This document shows positions 1-10,070 of a stretch of 64,000 bases of DNA, piece after piece (within the stretch, counting starts at the first letter, position 1; each line of letters begins with the position of its first letter). Location of the stretch: contig CAYQEC010000002.1 in the NCBI GenBank assembly GCA_964416425.1, forward strand, positions 102,701 to 166,700, in the 5' to 3' direction. Origin of the DNA: an uncultured Acidimicrobiaceae bacterium. Its GTDB lineage: Bacteria > Actinomycetota > Acidimicrobiia > Spongiisociales > UBA5794. The notes under the pieces were generated by a model, which saw nothing but the letters and a program-made list of their open reading frames with translations, made no database searches and was not told the DNA's origin. A program made the position numbers and the translations under genes.

Positions 1-2043
1 AAGCCCATCTGCTGGAACATCACCATATCGCCGGCGGCGAAGCCACCGAACACCGCCACCATGATGAGGGCGGCCCCGGTGATGATGGCGCCGGTGGAGC
101 CGAGGCCGAAGGCCACCGAGCCGTCGTTGTCGCCGGTGACGTCGTAGCGCTCCTTGATCCGGCTCATCAGGAAGATGTGGTAGTCCATCGAGAGCCCGAA
201 CAGCACCGTGAACAGGAAGAGCGGGATCCACGATTCGATGACGTCGGTCTGCTGGAAACCGAACAGGCTCGCTCCGATGCCGTGCTGGAACACGGCCACC
301 AGCAGCCCGTAGGCGGCGCCCACCGACAGCAGGTTCAGCAGGATCGCCTTGATCGGGACCACGATCGAACGGAACACGGTCATCAACACCAGGAAGCTGA
401 ACCCGAGCACGAAGGCGAAGATCGCCGGGGTGCGCCGGTTCAGCTCGCCGACGTAGTCGGCGGTCCATGCGGCTTCGCCGTCGACGAGCACCTCGGTGTC
501 GGTTGCATCGAAGGCCGCCGGGATCGTGTCGGTGCGCAGCGTCTCGACCGCCTGTCTCGCCTCCATGGTGGAGGGGTCCAGTTTGGTGACGGCGTCCACG
601 ACGACGATGGCGCCGTCGGGGCTCGTCCGAGTCTCGACCTCCCCGTAGTCCGGGTCGGCTTCGAGGTCGGCCACCAGGGAGGCGACCGCCGCGGTCACCG
701 CCGGGTCGGTGGCGTCTCCGTCGGCCACGATCGAGGTGGTCACGGCGCCGACGTCGAAGTTGTCGATGAGCACGGTCCAGGCGTGGCGGGCGTTGGACTG
801 CTCGGGGAGCGACTCGACGAAGTTCTGGCCGGTGTGCAGGCTCAGGTAGGGCGAAGCGAGGCCGAGCAGCAGCCCTCCTGCCAGCACGACACTGACGAGC
901 GGTCGTGCCGTCACCAGGCGGGTCACCCAGTGCCAGAACCTATTGCCACCTTCGTGGTAGGTGGTGCCGGAGACGAAGGGGACCTTGGCCCGGTTGATGC
1001 GGTCGCCGAGCAGACCGAGCACCGCCGGCAGCAACGTGAGCGAGGCTGCGACGGCGGCGAGCACGACGAGCACGGCGCCGATGCCGAGGCTGTGCATCAC
1101 CGTGTCCGGGGCGTACAGCAGCCCGAGCAGGGCGATGACGACGGTCATCCCAGAGAAGAACACGGCCCTGGTGGCGGAGTCGCCGGCGTGCTCGATGGCG
1201 GAGATGACGTCGCGCCCCTTGGCGCGTTCCTCCCGGAACCGTTGGACGACGAAGAGCGAGTAGTCGATGCCGACCGCCAGCCCGATCATCGTGATCATGT
1301 TCACGACGAAGAAGGACAGCTCGAACGCCTGGCCAACGATGACGGTCATGCCGAGCGCCGCCACGATCGAGACGACGGCGAGGATGAGGGGGATCCCTGC
1401 CGCCACCAGCGCCCCGAACACCAGAGCGAGGATCACCAAGGCGATCGACACCCCAAGCATCTCGCCCCGCTGCAGGGTGTCCTCGGCGAGGGCGCCGACC
1501 TCGTTCCAGACCGAGCCGTTGCCGATGGTCGTGACCCGGAAGCCGGGGGTGGCGTCGGCGTTCTCGACGACGGTCACGAGCGGCGCGGCGAGGTCGGACG
1601 CCTCGCCTTCGCCGGCGAGCTCGACCGGGATGAGGGCGACGGTGCCGTCATCCGAGACGAGGCCGGGGATACCGTCGAGGGTGGAGACGGCGGAAGTCAC
1701 CGTGGGGAGCTGCCGCAGCTCGGCGACGATGCGCTGCAATGCCACCGCGAACTCGGGATCGTCGGTTGTGGCGCCTTCGCTCTCGACGAGCACGTACTCG
1801 GCTTCCTGGGTCAGGGCTTCCGTTCCGGGTGTGATCGGAATGGAGAAGTGGCTGTCGACGAGGTCCTGGGCGCGCTCGGACTCGGTCTGCACCGTCGAGT
1901 CGCTCTCCTCGGTGAGCACGCTTCCCAGGTTGGTGGCGAGCATCACCGCTCCGGCGAGCACGACGAGCCAGACGGCGATCGTGCGCCACGGGTGGCGCGC
2001 CGTCGCTCCGGCCAGCCTCCCGGTGAATCCATGGGTGGACATG
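1..2043 (-). CDS. MMPL family (RND superfamily) membrane transporter, 5' part; gene continues beyond window start
   Basis: Minus-strand translation from ATG at ~2043 gives MSTHGFTGRLAGATARHPWRTIAVWLVVLAGAVMLATNLGSVLTEE... and continues uninterrupted to position 1. Alternating large loop and 6-TM modules are typical of MmpL. The listed + ORF 177..2156 is an antisense artefact. Confidence 0.75.
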
Positions 2044-2202
2044 ACTTCCTCCTCACGTCGCCACGACTCGGGTGCCGCAGCGGTGTTGTCTCGTTGTCTC
2101 CCGGGCATCGTGCGGGGAGCACGGTGCAGGCGCCATTGGGGATCACCCTGGAATGACCCCGAGCGCCGTCAGGGTGCCCTCAGGGAAGGAGGCTCAGCCG
2201 GC

Positions 2203-2511
2203 TCAGCCGGCGACGACGGCGAGCACCACCACCGCGGCGACCACCGTTGCGGCGAGCAGCAGCTCGGAGCGGACGCGGCCGCGGGGTCTCGTCCGCACCT
2301 GGGCGACGAGGGCGCGGTGATGGAAGACGACGTGGCGGGCGCCGAACACGATCGCCAGGATGCCGAGGGCGACATGGGCCGAGAGCAGGGCGCCGGGTTC
2401 GTCGCGAACGTGGGCGGCGATGCCGGTGACGGCCGTGCCCAGGGCCGAGAGGCCGAGTGTGAGCACCACGAAGGTGTGGGCCCGGAACGACGTGGCCGAT
2501 CGGGTGGTCAT
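2203..2511 (-). CDS. small hypothetical membrane protein (about 102 aa, 3 predicted TM)
   Basis: Internal ATG of ORF 2203..2604 preceded by GGAGG; product MTTRSATSFRAHTFVVLTLGLSALG... is hydrophobic. Confidence 0.45.
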   Translation of the reverse strand: MTTRSATSFRAHTFVVLTLGLSALGTAVTGIAAHVRDEPGALLSAHVALGILAIVFGARHVVFHHRALVAQVRTRPRGRVRSELLLAATVVAAVVVLAVVAG

Positions 2512-2710
2512 CGTGATGGCCTCCTCGGGTCGAGACGGGCGGCGGCGGGTCCGCCACTCCCGACATGGTGTGGGGAGGGAGCACTCGCATCCATCGGGGA
2601 TCACCCGGAAACTGCCCCGAGGTCCCGTCTCGCGTCTCGGGGGAGCGAGGATCAGTGTGTCGACCGTTGAGGCGGAACGGGCGGAGGTCGCGATTGGCCG
2701 GTCGGATCCG

Positions 2711-3397
2711 CTAGGAGGGGGAGCCGGGCCTCGCCTCGGCCAGCGTCTTGACGCCGAGCATCATCTTGCGGCTCATCACGAACAGGATCGGCTCCATCGG
2801 GAAGGGGCCGAAGAACACCCGGTTGGCGAGGCCGGGGCTGTAGTCGCTGCGTCCGCGGGTGAGGAGGCGAGTGCTTCCGTCGGGGTTCTCGGCGAGCCGG
2901 AACTGCCAGGTGGAGATGGCGAAGCCACCCTCGGCCGTCTGCTCGTTGGGATTGGGGGCGCCGTGCAGCACCAGCGTCTCGGGAGGCGCGGCGACCGCGA
3001 CTTCGAGCGCCGGCGCCTTGGGGTGGAGGCGGATCGGGTCGCCGACGTCGAGCTGCTGCAGCTCGGGGACGACGTGGTCGACGTTGTGGATGCGGCAACC
3101 GAACACGTTCTCGAGGGTCTGGTAGCTGTAGAAGCCGCCCCGGCCCTGGCCGATCTGGGCGAGCCACGGCCACACGTGCTCCCGGGGAGCGTTGATCGTG
3201 ATGGCGTACGTGTAGCTCCACTTCGGCTCGGGGACCAGCTCGTCGCCGGGCATGGGACCGGACACCTCATCGCTGGTGGCGCCCCAGCGGAGGCGCCGGG
3301 AGCGTACGAACGGCGTCGTCACGACGGCGGCGGCCATGAGCGTGAGCCCCTCCGCCGTTTCGGCGATCTCGTGGGAGAGGCGGCGGATGCTCGCCAT
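2711..3397 (-). CDS. SRPBCC (polyketide cyclase/dehydrase/AHSA1-like) family protein
   Basis: 228-aa ORF; ...WSYTYAITINAPREHVWPWLAQIGQ...GGFYSY... is a typical SRPBCC N-terminal beta-strand/helix signature. Confidence 0.7.
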   Translation of the reverse strand: MASIRRLSHEIAETAEGLTLMAAAVVTTPFVRSRRLRWGATSDEVSGPMPGDELVPEPKWSYTYAITINAPREHVWPWLAQIGQGRGGFYSYQTLENVFGCRIHNVDHVVPELQQLDVGDPIRLHPKAPALEVAVAAPPETLVLHGAPNPNEQTAEGGFAISTWQFRLAENPDGSTRLLTRGRSDYSPGLANRVFFGPFPMEPILFVMSRKMMLGVKTLAEARPGSPS

Positions 3398-3538
3398 GGT
3401 GCGGTCCCTTCGGGGTCGGAGCGAGCATCGTACCGGCGCTTCTCACGGTGTGACCGCGAGGGGTCGATTCATCCCAAACGAAACGGAGGGCGTCTCCGTC
3501 GGGACGCCCTCACGCGCGTCGCCGGTTGCCTTCCGACC

Positions 3539-6500
3539 TCAGCTACATCCCTTGCTGTCGCCGCAGTTGAGGCAGCGGTAGCACGAGCCGTTGCGCACCG
3601 TGATGTGGCCGCAGGTGTCGCAGAGGGGGGCGTCCCCCATCTTGTCGGCGAGCACCGCCTGCAGCGCCGCGGTCTGCACGTCGGCCGCGGTCCGCATCAC
3701 GGTGGCGGTGGCGACGCCGCCGCGGGCCCGGGCCGGGACCGGGGTGGGCGTGCCGCCCACTCCCACGACGGCTGAGCCGATCTCGACGTAGGCGTCGGCC
3801 TCGGCGTCGACGAACTCGGCCGCTCTCGCCTGGGCGGCGATGTCGGCCTCCTTGGCGGCATCCTCCAGAGCCATCTGATAGCCGGCCTCGACCGCCATGC
3901 CCTCCGGTGGCTCCGGCAGCTCGCCCCGCACCGGCGGGACCTGCGCCAGCTCGTCCCGGTGGAGGTATTCCACCCCGAGGGCCCGGAACACGTAGTCGAT
4001 GATCGAGTTCGCCATCTTGATGTTGGGATGGCCCTCCACCATGCCGCGGGGCTCGAACGTCTGGAAGGTGAAGGTGTCGACGAACTCCTCCAGCGGCACC
4101 CCGTACTGCAGGCCCTTGGAGACCGAGATCGCCAGGCAGGAGAGGATGCCGCGCAGGGTGGCACCCTCCTTGGCCAGGTCGATGAACAGCTCACCGAGGG
4201 TGCCGTCGGCGTACTCCCCGGTGCGGAGGAAGACCTTGTGCCCACCGACCCGGGCCTCCTGGGTGTACCCGCGCCGCCGTCCCGGCAGCAGGAAGCGGGG
4301 CCGGTGGATCTCCTTGTACGCCTGGGTGGGGGAGACGCCCGGGGCGAACATGCCGCCGTGGACGATCTGGCCCGACACCATCTCCATCTCTCCGTCGAGG
4401 GCGTCCTGCAGGCCGTCCTCGTCCTGCTCGGACACCGTCTCGTCGCTACTGGAGGACAGCGGCTGTGACGCCTTCGAGCCGTCCCGGTAGAGGGCCATCG
4501 CCTTCAGGCCCAGCTCCCACGACAGGCGGTAGGACTCCTCGATGTCGTCGGTGGTCACCTCGTTCGGCATGTTGATCGTCTTCGAGATCGCCCCCGAGAT
4601 GAAGGGCTGCACGGCCGCCATCATCTTGATGTGGCCGGTGTGGTGGATGAAGCGCTGCCCGAGCCGGCCGTTGCGGTTGGCGGTGTCGAACACCGGGAGG
4701 TGCTCGTCGAGCAGCCCCGGTGCTCCTTCGATCGTCTGGTGACCGCAGATGTAGTCGTTGGCCTCCTGGATCTGGGTCCCGGTGAAGCCGAGGGCCCGCA
4801 GCATGTCGAAGCCGGGTTTGTTGTACTCCTCGAACGTGAAGCCGAGCCGCTGCATCGTCGCCTCGCCCAGGGTCCACTGGTTGAAGGCGAAGCGCAGCTC
4901 GAAGACGCCGGGGAGGATGCGCTCGATCTTCTCGATGTCCTCGCCGGTGAAGCCCTTGGCGATCAGCGTCGCCGAGTTGACGTGGGGGGCGCCGTGCATC
5001 GACATGGTTCCCACCACGTACTCGAGGATCTGCTCGATGCTGCGCTCGGCGTAGCCGAGGTGCTGCAGCGCGGGGGCCAGCGACTGGTTGGCGATCTTGA
5101 AGTAGCCGCCGCCGGCGAGCTTCTTGAACTTCACCAGGGCGAAGTCGGGCTCGACCCCGGTGGTGTCGGCGTCCATCAGCAGGCCGATGGTGCCGGTGGG
5201 GGCGATGCAGGTCACCTGGGCGTTCCGGTAGCCGTACTCCTCACCCATCTTCACCGCGATGTTCCAGGCGTTGCGGGCCTCGTGCAGCAGGGCCGAGGGG
5301 CAGGAGGCCGGGTCGATGCCCACCACCTTGGTGGACACCCCGTCGTACTCCCGCTGGGGAGCGTTGTAGGCGGCCGCCTGGTGGTTGCGCATCACCCGCA
5401 GCATGGCGTCGCGGTTGGCGGCGAAGCGCCGGAAGGGGCCCAGCACCCGTGCCATCTCCGCCGAGGTGGCGTAGGAGTACCCGGTGAGGATGGCGGTGAG
5501 GGCGGCGCTGATCGCCCGACCCTTGTCCGAGTCGTAGGGGATGCCCATGCGCATCAGCAGCGAGCCGAGATTGGCGTAGCCGAGCCCGAGGGTGCGGTAG
5601 TCGTAGCTCCCCTCGGCGATCGCCTTGGAGGGGAATTGGGCCATCGTCACCGAGATCTCGAGCACGATCGACCAGAGCCGGATGGCGTAGCGGTAACCGT
5701 CGAGGTCGAACTCGCCGGTGGCGTCGTCGAAGAAGGTGCCCAGGTTGAGGCTCGCCAGGTTGCAGGCGGTGTTGTCGAGGAACACGTACTCCGAGCACGG
5801 GTTGGTGGCCCGGATCCTTCCGTCGGCCGGACAGGTGTGCCATTCCTGGATGGTGGTGTCGAACTGCACGCCGGGGTCGGCGCAGCGCCAGGCGGCGTCG
5901 GCGATCTGGCTCCACAGGTCCCGGGCCTTGACCCGCTTCATCACCGTGCCGTTGGTGCGGGCCGTCAGCTCCCAGTCGGCGTCGTCGAGCACCGCCTGGA
6001 TGAACTCGTTGGAGAGCCGCACCGAGTTGTTGGAGTTCTGGCCCGAGACGGTGGCGTAGGCCTCGCCGTTGAAGTCGGCCGGGTACCCGGCGGCCACCAG
6101 CGCCCGGACCTTGTCCTCCTCGGCGGCCTTCCAGCTGATGAAGGCCTCGACGTCGGGATGGTCGATGTCGACGATGACCATCTTGGCGGCCCGGCGGGTG
6201 GTGCCGCCCGACTTGATGGCGCCAGCGGCCCGGTCGCCGACCTTGAGGAAGCTCATGAGACCGGACGACTTGCCGCCCCCCGAGAGCTGCTCGCCCTCGG
6301 CTCGGATGTGCGAGAAGTTGGCGCCCGAGCCGGCGCCCATCTTGAACAGGCGCGCTTCGCGCACCCACAGGTCCATGATCCCGCCCGGGTTCACCAGGTC
6401 GTCGTCGATGCTGTTGATGAAGCAGGCGTGGGGAGCGGGGCGGCTGTAGGCGTCGGGGGAGGCGACGGCTTCCTCGGTCTCCGGGTCGACGTACCAGAAG

Positions 6501-6982
6501 CCCTGCTCGGTGCCGGTGATGCCGTACTTGTGGTGGAGGCCGGTGTTGAACCACTGCGGCGAGTTAGGGGCCGCCATCTGGTGCAGCAGCATGTAGGCGA
6601 GCTCGTCCTCGAAGATCTCGGCGTCGTTCTCGGAGGCGAAGTATCCGTGCTGCTCACCCCACCAACGCCAGGTGGCGGCGAGCCGCTCGATGACCTGGCG
6701 GGCAGACCGCTCCGGACCCGTGATCATCTTGCCGTTGTCGTCGAAGGTGGGGTTGCCGCGTTCGTCGAGCTCGGGGACACCGGCCTTGCGGAAGTACTTC
6801 GACACCATGATGTCGGAAGCCACCTGGGACCACCGGGCGGGCACCTCGGCGTCCTTCATCTCGAACACTACCGACCCGTCCGGATTGGTGATCTTCGAGT
6901 CCCGCCGGGTCCACTCCATCGTGTCGTACGGGCTGATCCGCTCCGACGTGAACCGACGTTCGATCCGCAAACCCTTGGTCAT
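3539..6982 (-). CDS. nrdJ: adenosylcobalamin-dependent ribonucleoside-diphosphate/triphosphate reductase (class II RNR), with C-terminal Zn-ribbon
   Basis: 1147-aa ORF; N-terminus MTKGLRIERRFTSERISPYDTMEWTRRDSKITNPDGSVVFEMKDAEVPARWSQVASDIMVSKYFRK is the conserved NrdJ start. Internal ...ATNPCSEYVFLDNTACNLASLNL... active-site region. C-terminal CDTCGHITVRNGSCYRCLNCG zinc ribbon. Confidence 0.9.
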   Translation of the reverse strand: MTKGLRIERRFTSERISPYDTMEWTRRDSKITNPDGSVVFEMKDAEVPARWSQVASDIMVSKYFRKAGVPELDERGNPTFDDNGKMITGPERSARQVIERLAATWRWWGEQHGYFASENDAEIFEDELAYMLLHQMAAPNSPQWFNTGLHHKYGITGTEQGFWYVDPETEEAVASPDAYSRPAPHACFINSIDDDLVNPGGIMDLWVREARLFKMGAGSGANFSHIRAEGEQLSGGGKSSGLMSFLKVGDRAAGAIKSGGTTRRAAKMVIVDIDHPDVEAFISWKAAEEDKVRALVAAGYPADFNGEAYATVSGQNSNNSVRLSNEFIQAVLDDADWELTARTNGTVMKRVKARDLWSQIADAAWRCADPGVQFDTTIQEWHTCPADGRIRATNPCSEYVFLDNTACNLASLNLGTFFDDATGEFDLDGYRYAIRLWSIVLEISVTMAQFPSKAIAEGSYDYRTLGLGYANLGSLLMRMGIPYDSDKGRAISAALTAILTGYSYATSAEMARVLGPFRRFAANRDAMLRVMRNHQAAAYNAPQREYDGVSTKVVGIDPASCPSALLHEARNAWNIAVKMGEEYGYRNAQVTCIAPTGTIGLLMDADTTGVEPDFALVKFKKLAGGGYFKIANQSLAPALQHLGYAERSIEQILEYVVGTMSMHGAPHVNSATLIAKGFTGEDIEKIERILPGVFELRFAFNQWTLGEATMQRLGFTFEEYNKPGFDMLRALGFTGTQIQEANDYICGHQTIEGAPGLLDEHLPVFDTANRNGRLGQRFIHHTGHIKMMAAVQPFISGAISKTINMPNEVTTDDIEESYRLSWELGLKAMALYRDGSKASQPLSSSSDETVSEQDEDGLQDALDGEMEMVSGQIVHGGMFAPGVSPTQAYKEIHRPRFLLPGRRRGYTQEARVGGHKVFLRTGEYADGTLGELFIDLAKEGATLRGILSCLAISVSKGLQYGVPLEEFVDTFTFQTFEPRGMVEGHPNIKMANSIIDYVFRALGVEYLHRDELAQVPPVRGELPEPPEGMAVEAGYQMALEDAAKEADIAAQARAAEFVDAEADAYVEIGSAVVGVGGTPTPVPARARGGVATATVMRTAADVQTAALQAVLADKMGDAPLCDTCGHITVRNGSCYRCLNCGDSKGCS

Positions 6983-7043
6983 CTGGTCCCTCCCTGGCTA
7001 CCGGCCCTCTGAGCGTCCGGGCGAAGACTTCTCCACAACTTTG

Positions 7044-7130
7044 CCCACACCTACAACATGTGGGGGTGAGGAAGTGAGCGTGACCCCACATATCGCATAG
7101 GGATGTCCATCTTAGTTACACCGCTGTAAC
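7044..7130. promoter_or_regulatory. three palindromes in nrdJ 5' region (candidate NrdR-box-like operators)
   Basis: CCCACA-n8-ATGTGGG (7044..7064); CCCCACAT...ATGT (7084..7106); perfect 16-bp GTTACACCGCTGTAAC (7115..7130). Located 60-150 bp upstream of the nrdJ start on the minus strand. Confidence 0.3.
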
Positions 7131-7507
7131 TACGTCAAGGGTATTCACGACGCGTCACCACCGTGCTGCGGTGCTGGGGAAGACAGGAGCCGTTCTACCG
7201 CCGGGAGCGCCCGAGGGGCAAGCGTTCCGGCTGGTTTTCTTTCGCGACTGGGGCCGCGTTTTCGCGCTCGGAGGCCATTCCGCGATCCCGCGCCACCGTC
7301 CGCTCGTCTCTCACCCAGCCGTCTGTCGAGACCGGGGAGGGTGGAGTGGGGGAGTCCCGCCCCCGGCACCATGGCGTCCCCGCACCCCCCTCGGCGCACT
7401 TCGTGCGCCGGTCCCGCTCAAGAAGGGGGGACGAGAAGAGAGTGGTGGCTTGCCTCCCTGACGCCGGGAGGGAGCCGGCGGTCGGGGACGGCTACCCTGC
7501 CGGCGCC

Positions 7508-8137
7508 ATGCTCGACACCTCGGCACTCACCGTCTTCCTCCTCGCCTCCCTGGTGCTGTTGCTCACCCCCGGGCCGGCGGTGCTCTACATCATCGCCCGC
7601 AGCATCGACCAGGGTCGCGGGGCGGGGATCGCCTCGGTGCTCGGGGTGGCGCTCGGCACCATGGTGCACGTCGTCGGCGCCGCCCTCGGCCTCTCCGCCC
7701 TCCTGGCGAAGTCGGCGGTCGCCTACTCGGTGGTCAAGTACCTCGGGGCCGTCTACCTCATCTACCTCGGCATCCGCCGGCTGCGTGGCTCCGATGCGGG
7801 AGCGGAGCCCGGCCGTACCGAGCGCAGCCTGCGGCGGGTCTTCACCCAGGGCATCTGGGTCAACGTGCTCAACCCCAAGACCGCGCTCTTCTTCCTGGCC
7901 TTCCTCCCGCAGTTCGTCGACGTCGACCGGGGGGCGGTGGCGCTGCAGTTCTTGCTGCTTGGGGCGGTCTTCGTCGCCATGGGCGTCGTCACCGACGGCC
8001 TCTATGCCCTCGCCGCCGGCACCTTCGGTGAGTGGCTGTGGCGACGTCCCAAGGTGATCGCCGCCCAGCGCTACCTCACCGGCGGCATCTTCGTGACGCT
8101 CGGCGTCGCCACCGCCCTCTCCGGCTCGAAAGACTGA
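7508..8137 (+). CDS. LysE/RhtB family amino-acid exporter
   Basis: MLDTSALTVFLLASLVLLLTPGPAVLYIIARSIDQGRGAGIAS... (the TPGP motif and six TM helices are typical of LysE/RhtB). Start taken at the internal ATG of ORF 7163..8137. Confidence 0.8.
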   Translation: MLDTSALTVFLLASLVLLLTPGPAVLYIIARSIDQGRGAGIASVLGVALGTMVHVVGAALGLSALLAKSAVAYSVVKYLGAVYLIYLGIRRLRGSDAGAEPGRTERSLRRVFTQGIWVNVLNPKTALFFLAFLPQFVDVDRGAVALQFLLLGAVFVAMGVVTDGLYALAAGTFGEWLWRRPKVIAAQRYLTGGIFVTLGVATALSGSKD

Positions 8138-8218
8138 CCCGCACTCCGAGCCCTCCGGGGGGCCCGGCGTTGGTATTGTGAGGAGGGCGAGACCCGGATC
8201 GAATCCCGGGGAGGGTTC

Positions 8219-9163
8219 ATGCCTGATCTCGAATCACGCCTCGATTCATGGACGGCTGCCGGGCTCATCACCCGCGAACAGGCGGAGGCGATCCGTGTCG
8301 CCGAAGCCGCACGTCGGCCGCCCGAGACGTCGGTGGGCCGGGTCCCGATCGTCACCGAGATCCTCGGCTATGTGGGTGCCGCCCTGGCCTTCTGGGCGAT
8401 CGCCATCCTCACTGCCGACGTGTGGGCAGACCTGGTGTGGTGGGCTCAGGCGGGACTCTTCCTGCTGGCCGCCGTCGCCTTCTTCGGCGGCGGATCCTTC
8501 ATTGGGGAGTCCGGCGAACCGGCCGCCGGCCGACTGGCGTCGGTGCTGTGGACCTGTTCGGTGGCGGCGCTGGCGGCCGCCGCCTGGATCACCGTGCTCG
8601 ATCTCGTCGAGTGGTCGGAGGAGGCGGCGACGATGACGACCGGAGCGATCAGCACGGGCTACGCCGTCGCGCTCTTCATCATGCGCCGCCGCGTGCTCCA
8701 GCACCTGGTCGTCTTCGGGAGCGCCGCGATGCTGGCCACAGGAGTCGCCATGTTCACCAGCCTCGACTCCCAGGAACTGGCCGGCCTCACCTACTGGGGA
8801 CTCGGAGCGGTGTGGCTGCTCGTCGCGCGCCGCGGCTTGCTCCCACCCGGGGAGACCGGGATCGCGATCGGGGCGGCCACGGCGCTGTTCGGGGCACAGA
8901 TCGTGGCGGGCTCCGATGTCGAGGCGATCGGATTGACCTTGGGTCTCGTGACCGCGGCGCTCCTCGCCGTCGTCGGACTCATCGGCGACCACAGGAGCGC
9001 CCTGATACTCGGTGCCGCCGGGATCTTCCTCTTCGTGCCCCAGACCGTGTTCCACTTCTTCGGTGACGCCGCCGCAGCCCTGGTGGCGTTGTTCGTCGTC
9101 GGGGTCGCCCTGGTTGCGGGCGCCGGCCTTTGGGCGCGTCACCGAATGCGCTCCGACACCTGA
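8219..9163 (+). CDS. DUF2157-like polytopic membrane protein
   Basis: N-terminal amphipathic segment ...LITREQAEAIRVAEAARR... followed by about 8 TM helices. Confidence 0.6.
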   Translation: MPDLESRLDSWTAAGLITREQAEAIRVAEAARRPPETSVGRVPIVTEILGYVGAALAFWAIAILTADVWADLVWWAQAGLFLLAAVAFFGGGSFIGESGEPAAGRLASVLWTCSVAALAAAAWITVLDLVEWSEEAATMTTGAISTGYAVALFIMRRRVLQHLVVFGSAAMLATGVAMFTSLDSQELAGLTYWGLGAVWLLVARRGLLPPGETGIAIGAATALFGAQIVAGSDVEAIGLTLGLVTAALLAVVGLIGDHRSALILGAAGIFLFVPQTVFHFFGDAAAALVALFVVGVALVAGAGLWARHRMRSDT

Positions 9164-9233
9164 GGGGGCCTCGGGTCGGCGCGCCGAAGACAGCTTCACG
9201 TGCGGTCGCCCACTCCCTGGAGAGAAGCGGGCG

Positions 9234-9469
9234 CTATTCGGCGGGTTCTTCGACCTCGGACCTCGGCATGCCGGTCCCGCCGGTCCGCTTGCGGCCGAGC
9301 GGCGCCAGCATGGCGAGCACCAGCCCGATGACGAGGAAGAGGACCGGCAGCCCGAACACACTCACGCGGTCGAGCGGCCAGATTCCCCACAGCATCAGGT
9401 TCAGCGAAAGGAACACTCCGAAGAAGAGCCCGGCGATCGCTCCCAGGATCGGTCGTCCTCGCATCATGG
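9234..9469 (-). CDS. small membrane protein (about 77 aa) translationally coupled to upstream gene
   Basis: ATGATG start overlaps the TGA of the 9464..10033 gene (ATGA overlap); MMRGRPILGAIAGLFFGVFLSLNLMLWGIWPL... has 2 TM helices. Confidence 0.4.
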
Positions 9470-10033
9470 CCTCCCCGGTCGGGCGAATGCCGCCAAGCCG
9501 ATCCCCGCTCCGAACACGACCAGCCCACCGAGGGCGATCCATCCGAGCGGGTTCGACAGCGGGTTGCCCTCGATCTTGATCATGGCGGTGCCGGAGCACT
9601 CTCCACCCGATGCGGTGTGCGAGCCGCTCACCACCCAGATCCCGGGGACCCGGCCGAACGGCACGACGTCGTCGATCTTCTCGTAGGCGTCGTCGAGCTC
9701 GTAGATACCGGCGGCGCCGCGGGTGTCGTCGGTGTTGGGATCACCCCATTCGGCGATGCCGATGTCGAATCCCGCGATCCGGACCGCGATCTCTCCACTG
9801 TGATCCAGGTTCTCGAAGTTCACCGTGCCGGTGTAGTCGATCAGGACCCCCTCCTCGTCGGGAATCGGGATCGCGTTCGACCGGGTGTCGTTGTCCGGCG
9901 TGTACGTCACGCCGTTGATGACGGCGGTTCCCCAGCACGCCCCCTCGGGCTCGACCCCGGCAGTGGCGATGGATGGCATCATGGCCAGCAGAAGACCGGT
10001 GGTGAAAAGCAGGAACGCGAGTCTTCGTACCAT
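9464..10033 (-). CDS. secreted hypothetical protein with signal peptide and C-terminal TM anchor
   Basis: MVRRLAFLLFTTGLLLAMMPSIATAG signal peptide; C-terminal LGWIALGGLVVFGAGIGLAAF anchor. Confidence 0.55.
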   Translation of the reverse strand: MVRRLAFLLFTTGLLLAMMPSIATAGVEPEGACWGTAVINGVTYTPDNDTRSNAIPIPDEEGVLIDYTGTVNFENLDHSGEIAVRIAGFDIGIAEWGDPNTDDTRGAAGIYELDDAYEKIDDVVPFGRVPGIWVVSGSHTASGGECSGTAMIKIEGNPLSNPLGWIALGGLVVFGAGIGLAAFARPGRP

Positions 10034-10070
10034 CTGAACCCCCTCCCTCTCGGTTGTGACTGCCGGAACT

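Noticed and set aside
177-2156. 659-aa + strand ORF rich in H/R/E/D/G
   Set aside because: Antisense to the MMPL transporter gene, whose minus-strand translation is a coherent membrane protein. The composition is typical of non-coding frames in high-GC DNA.
3591-7012. Several long + strand ORFs and a 437-aa minus-strand ORF (5241..6554) overlapping nrdJ
   Set aside because: They lie entirely within the 1147-aa NrdJ reading frame region and have low-complexity R/G/P/H-rich products.
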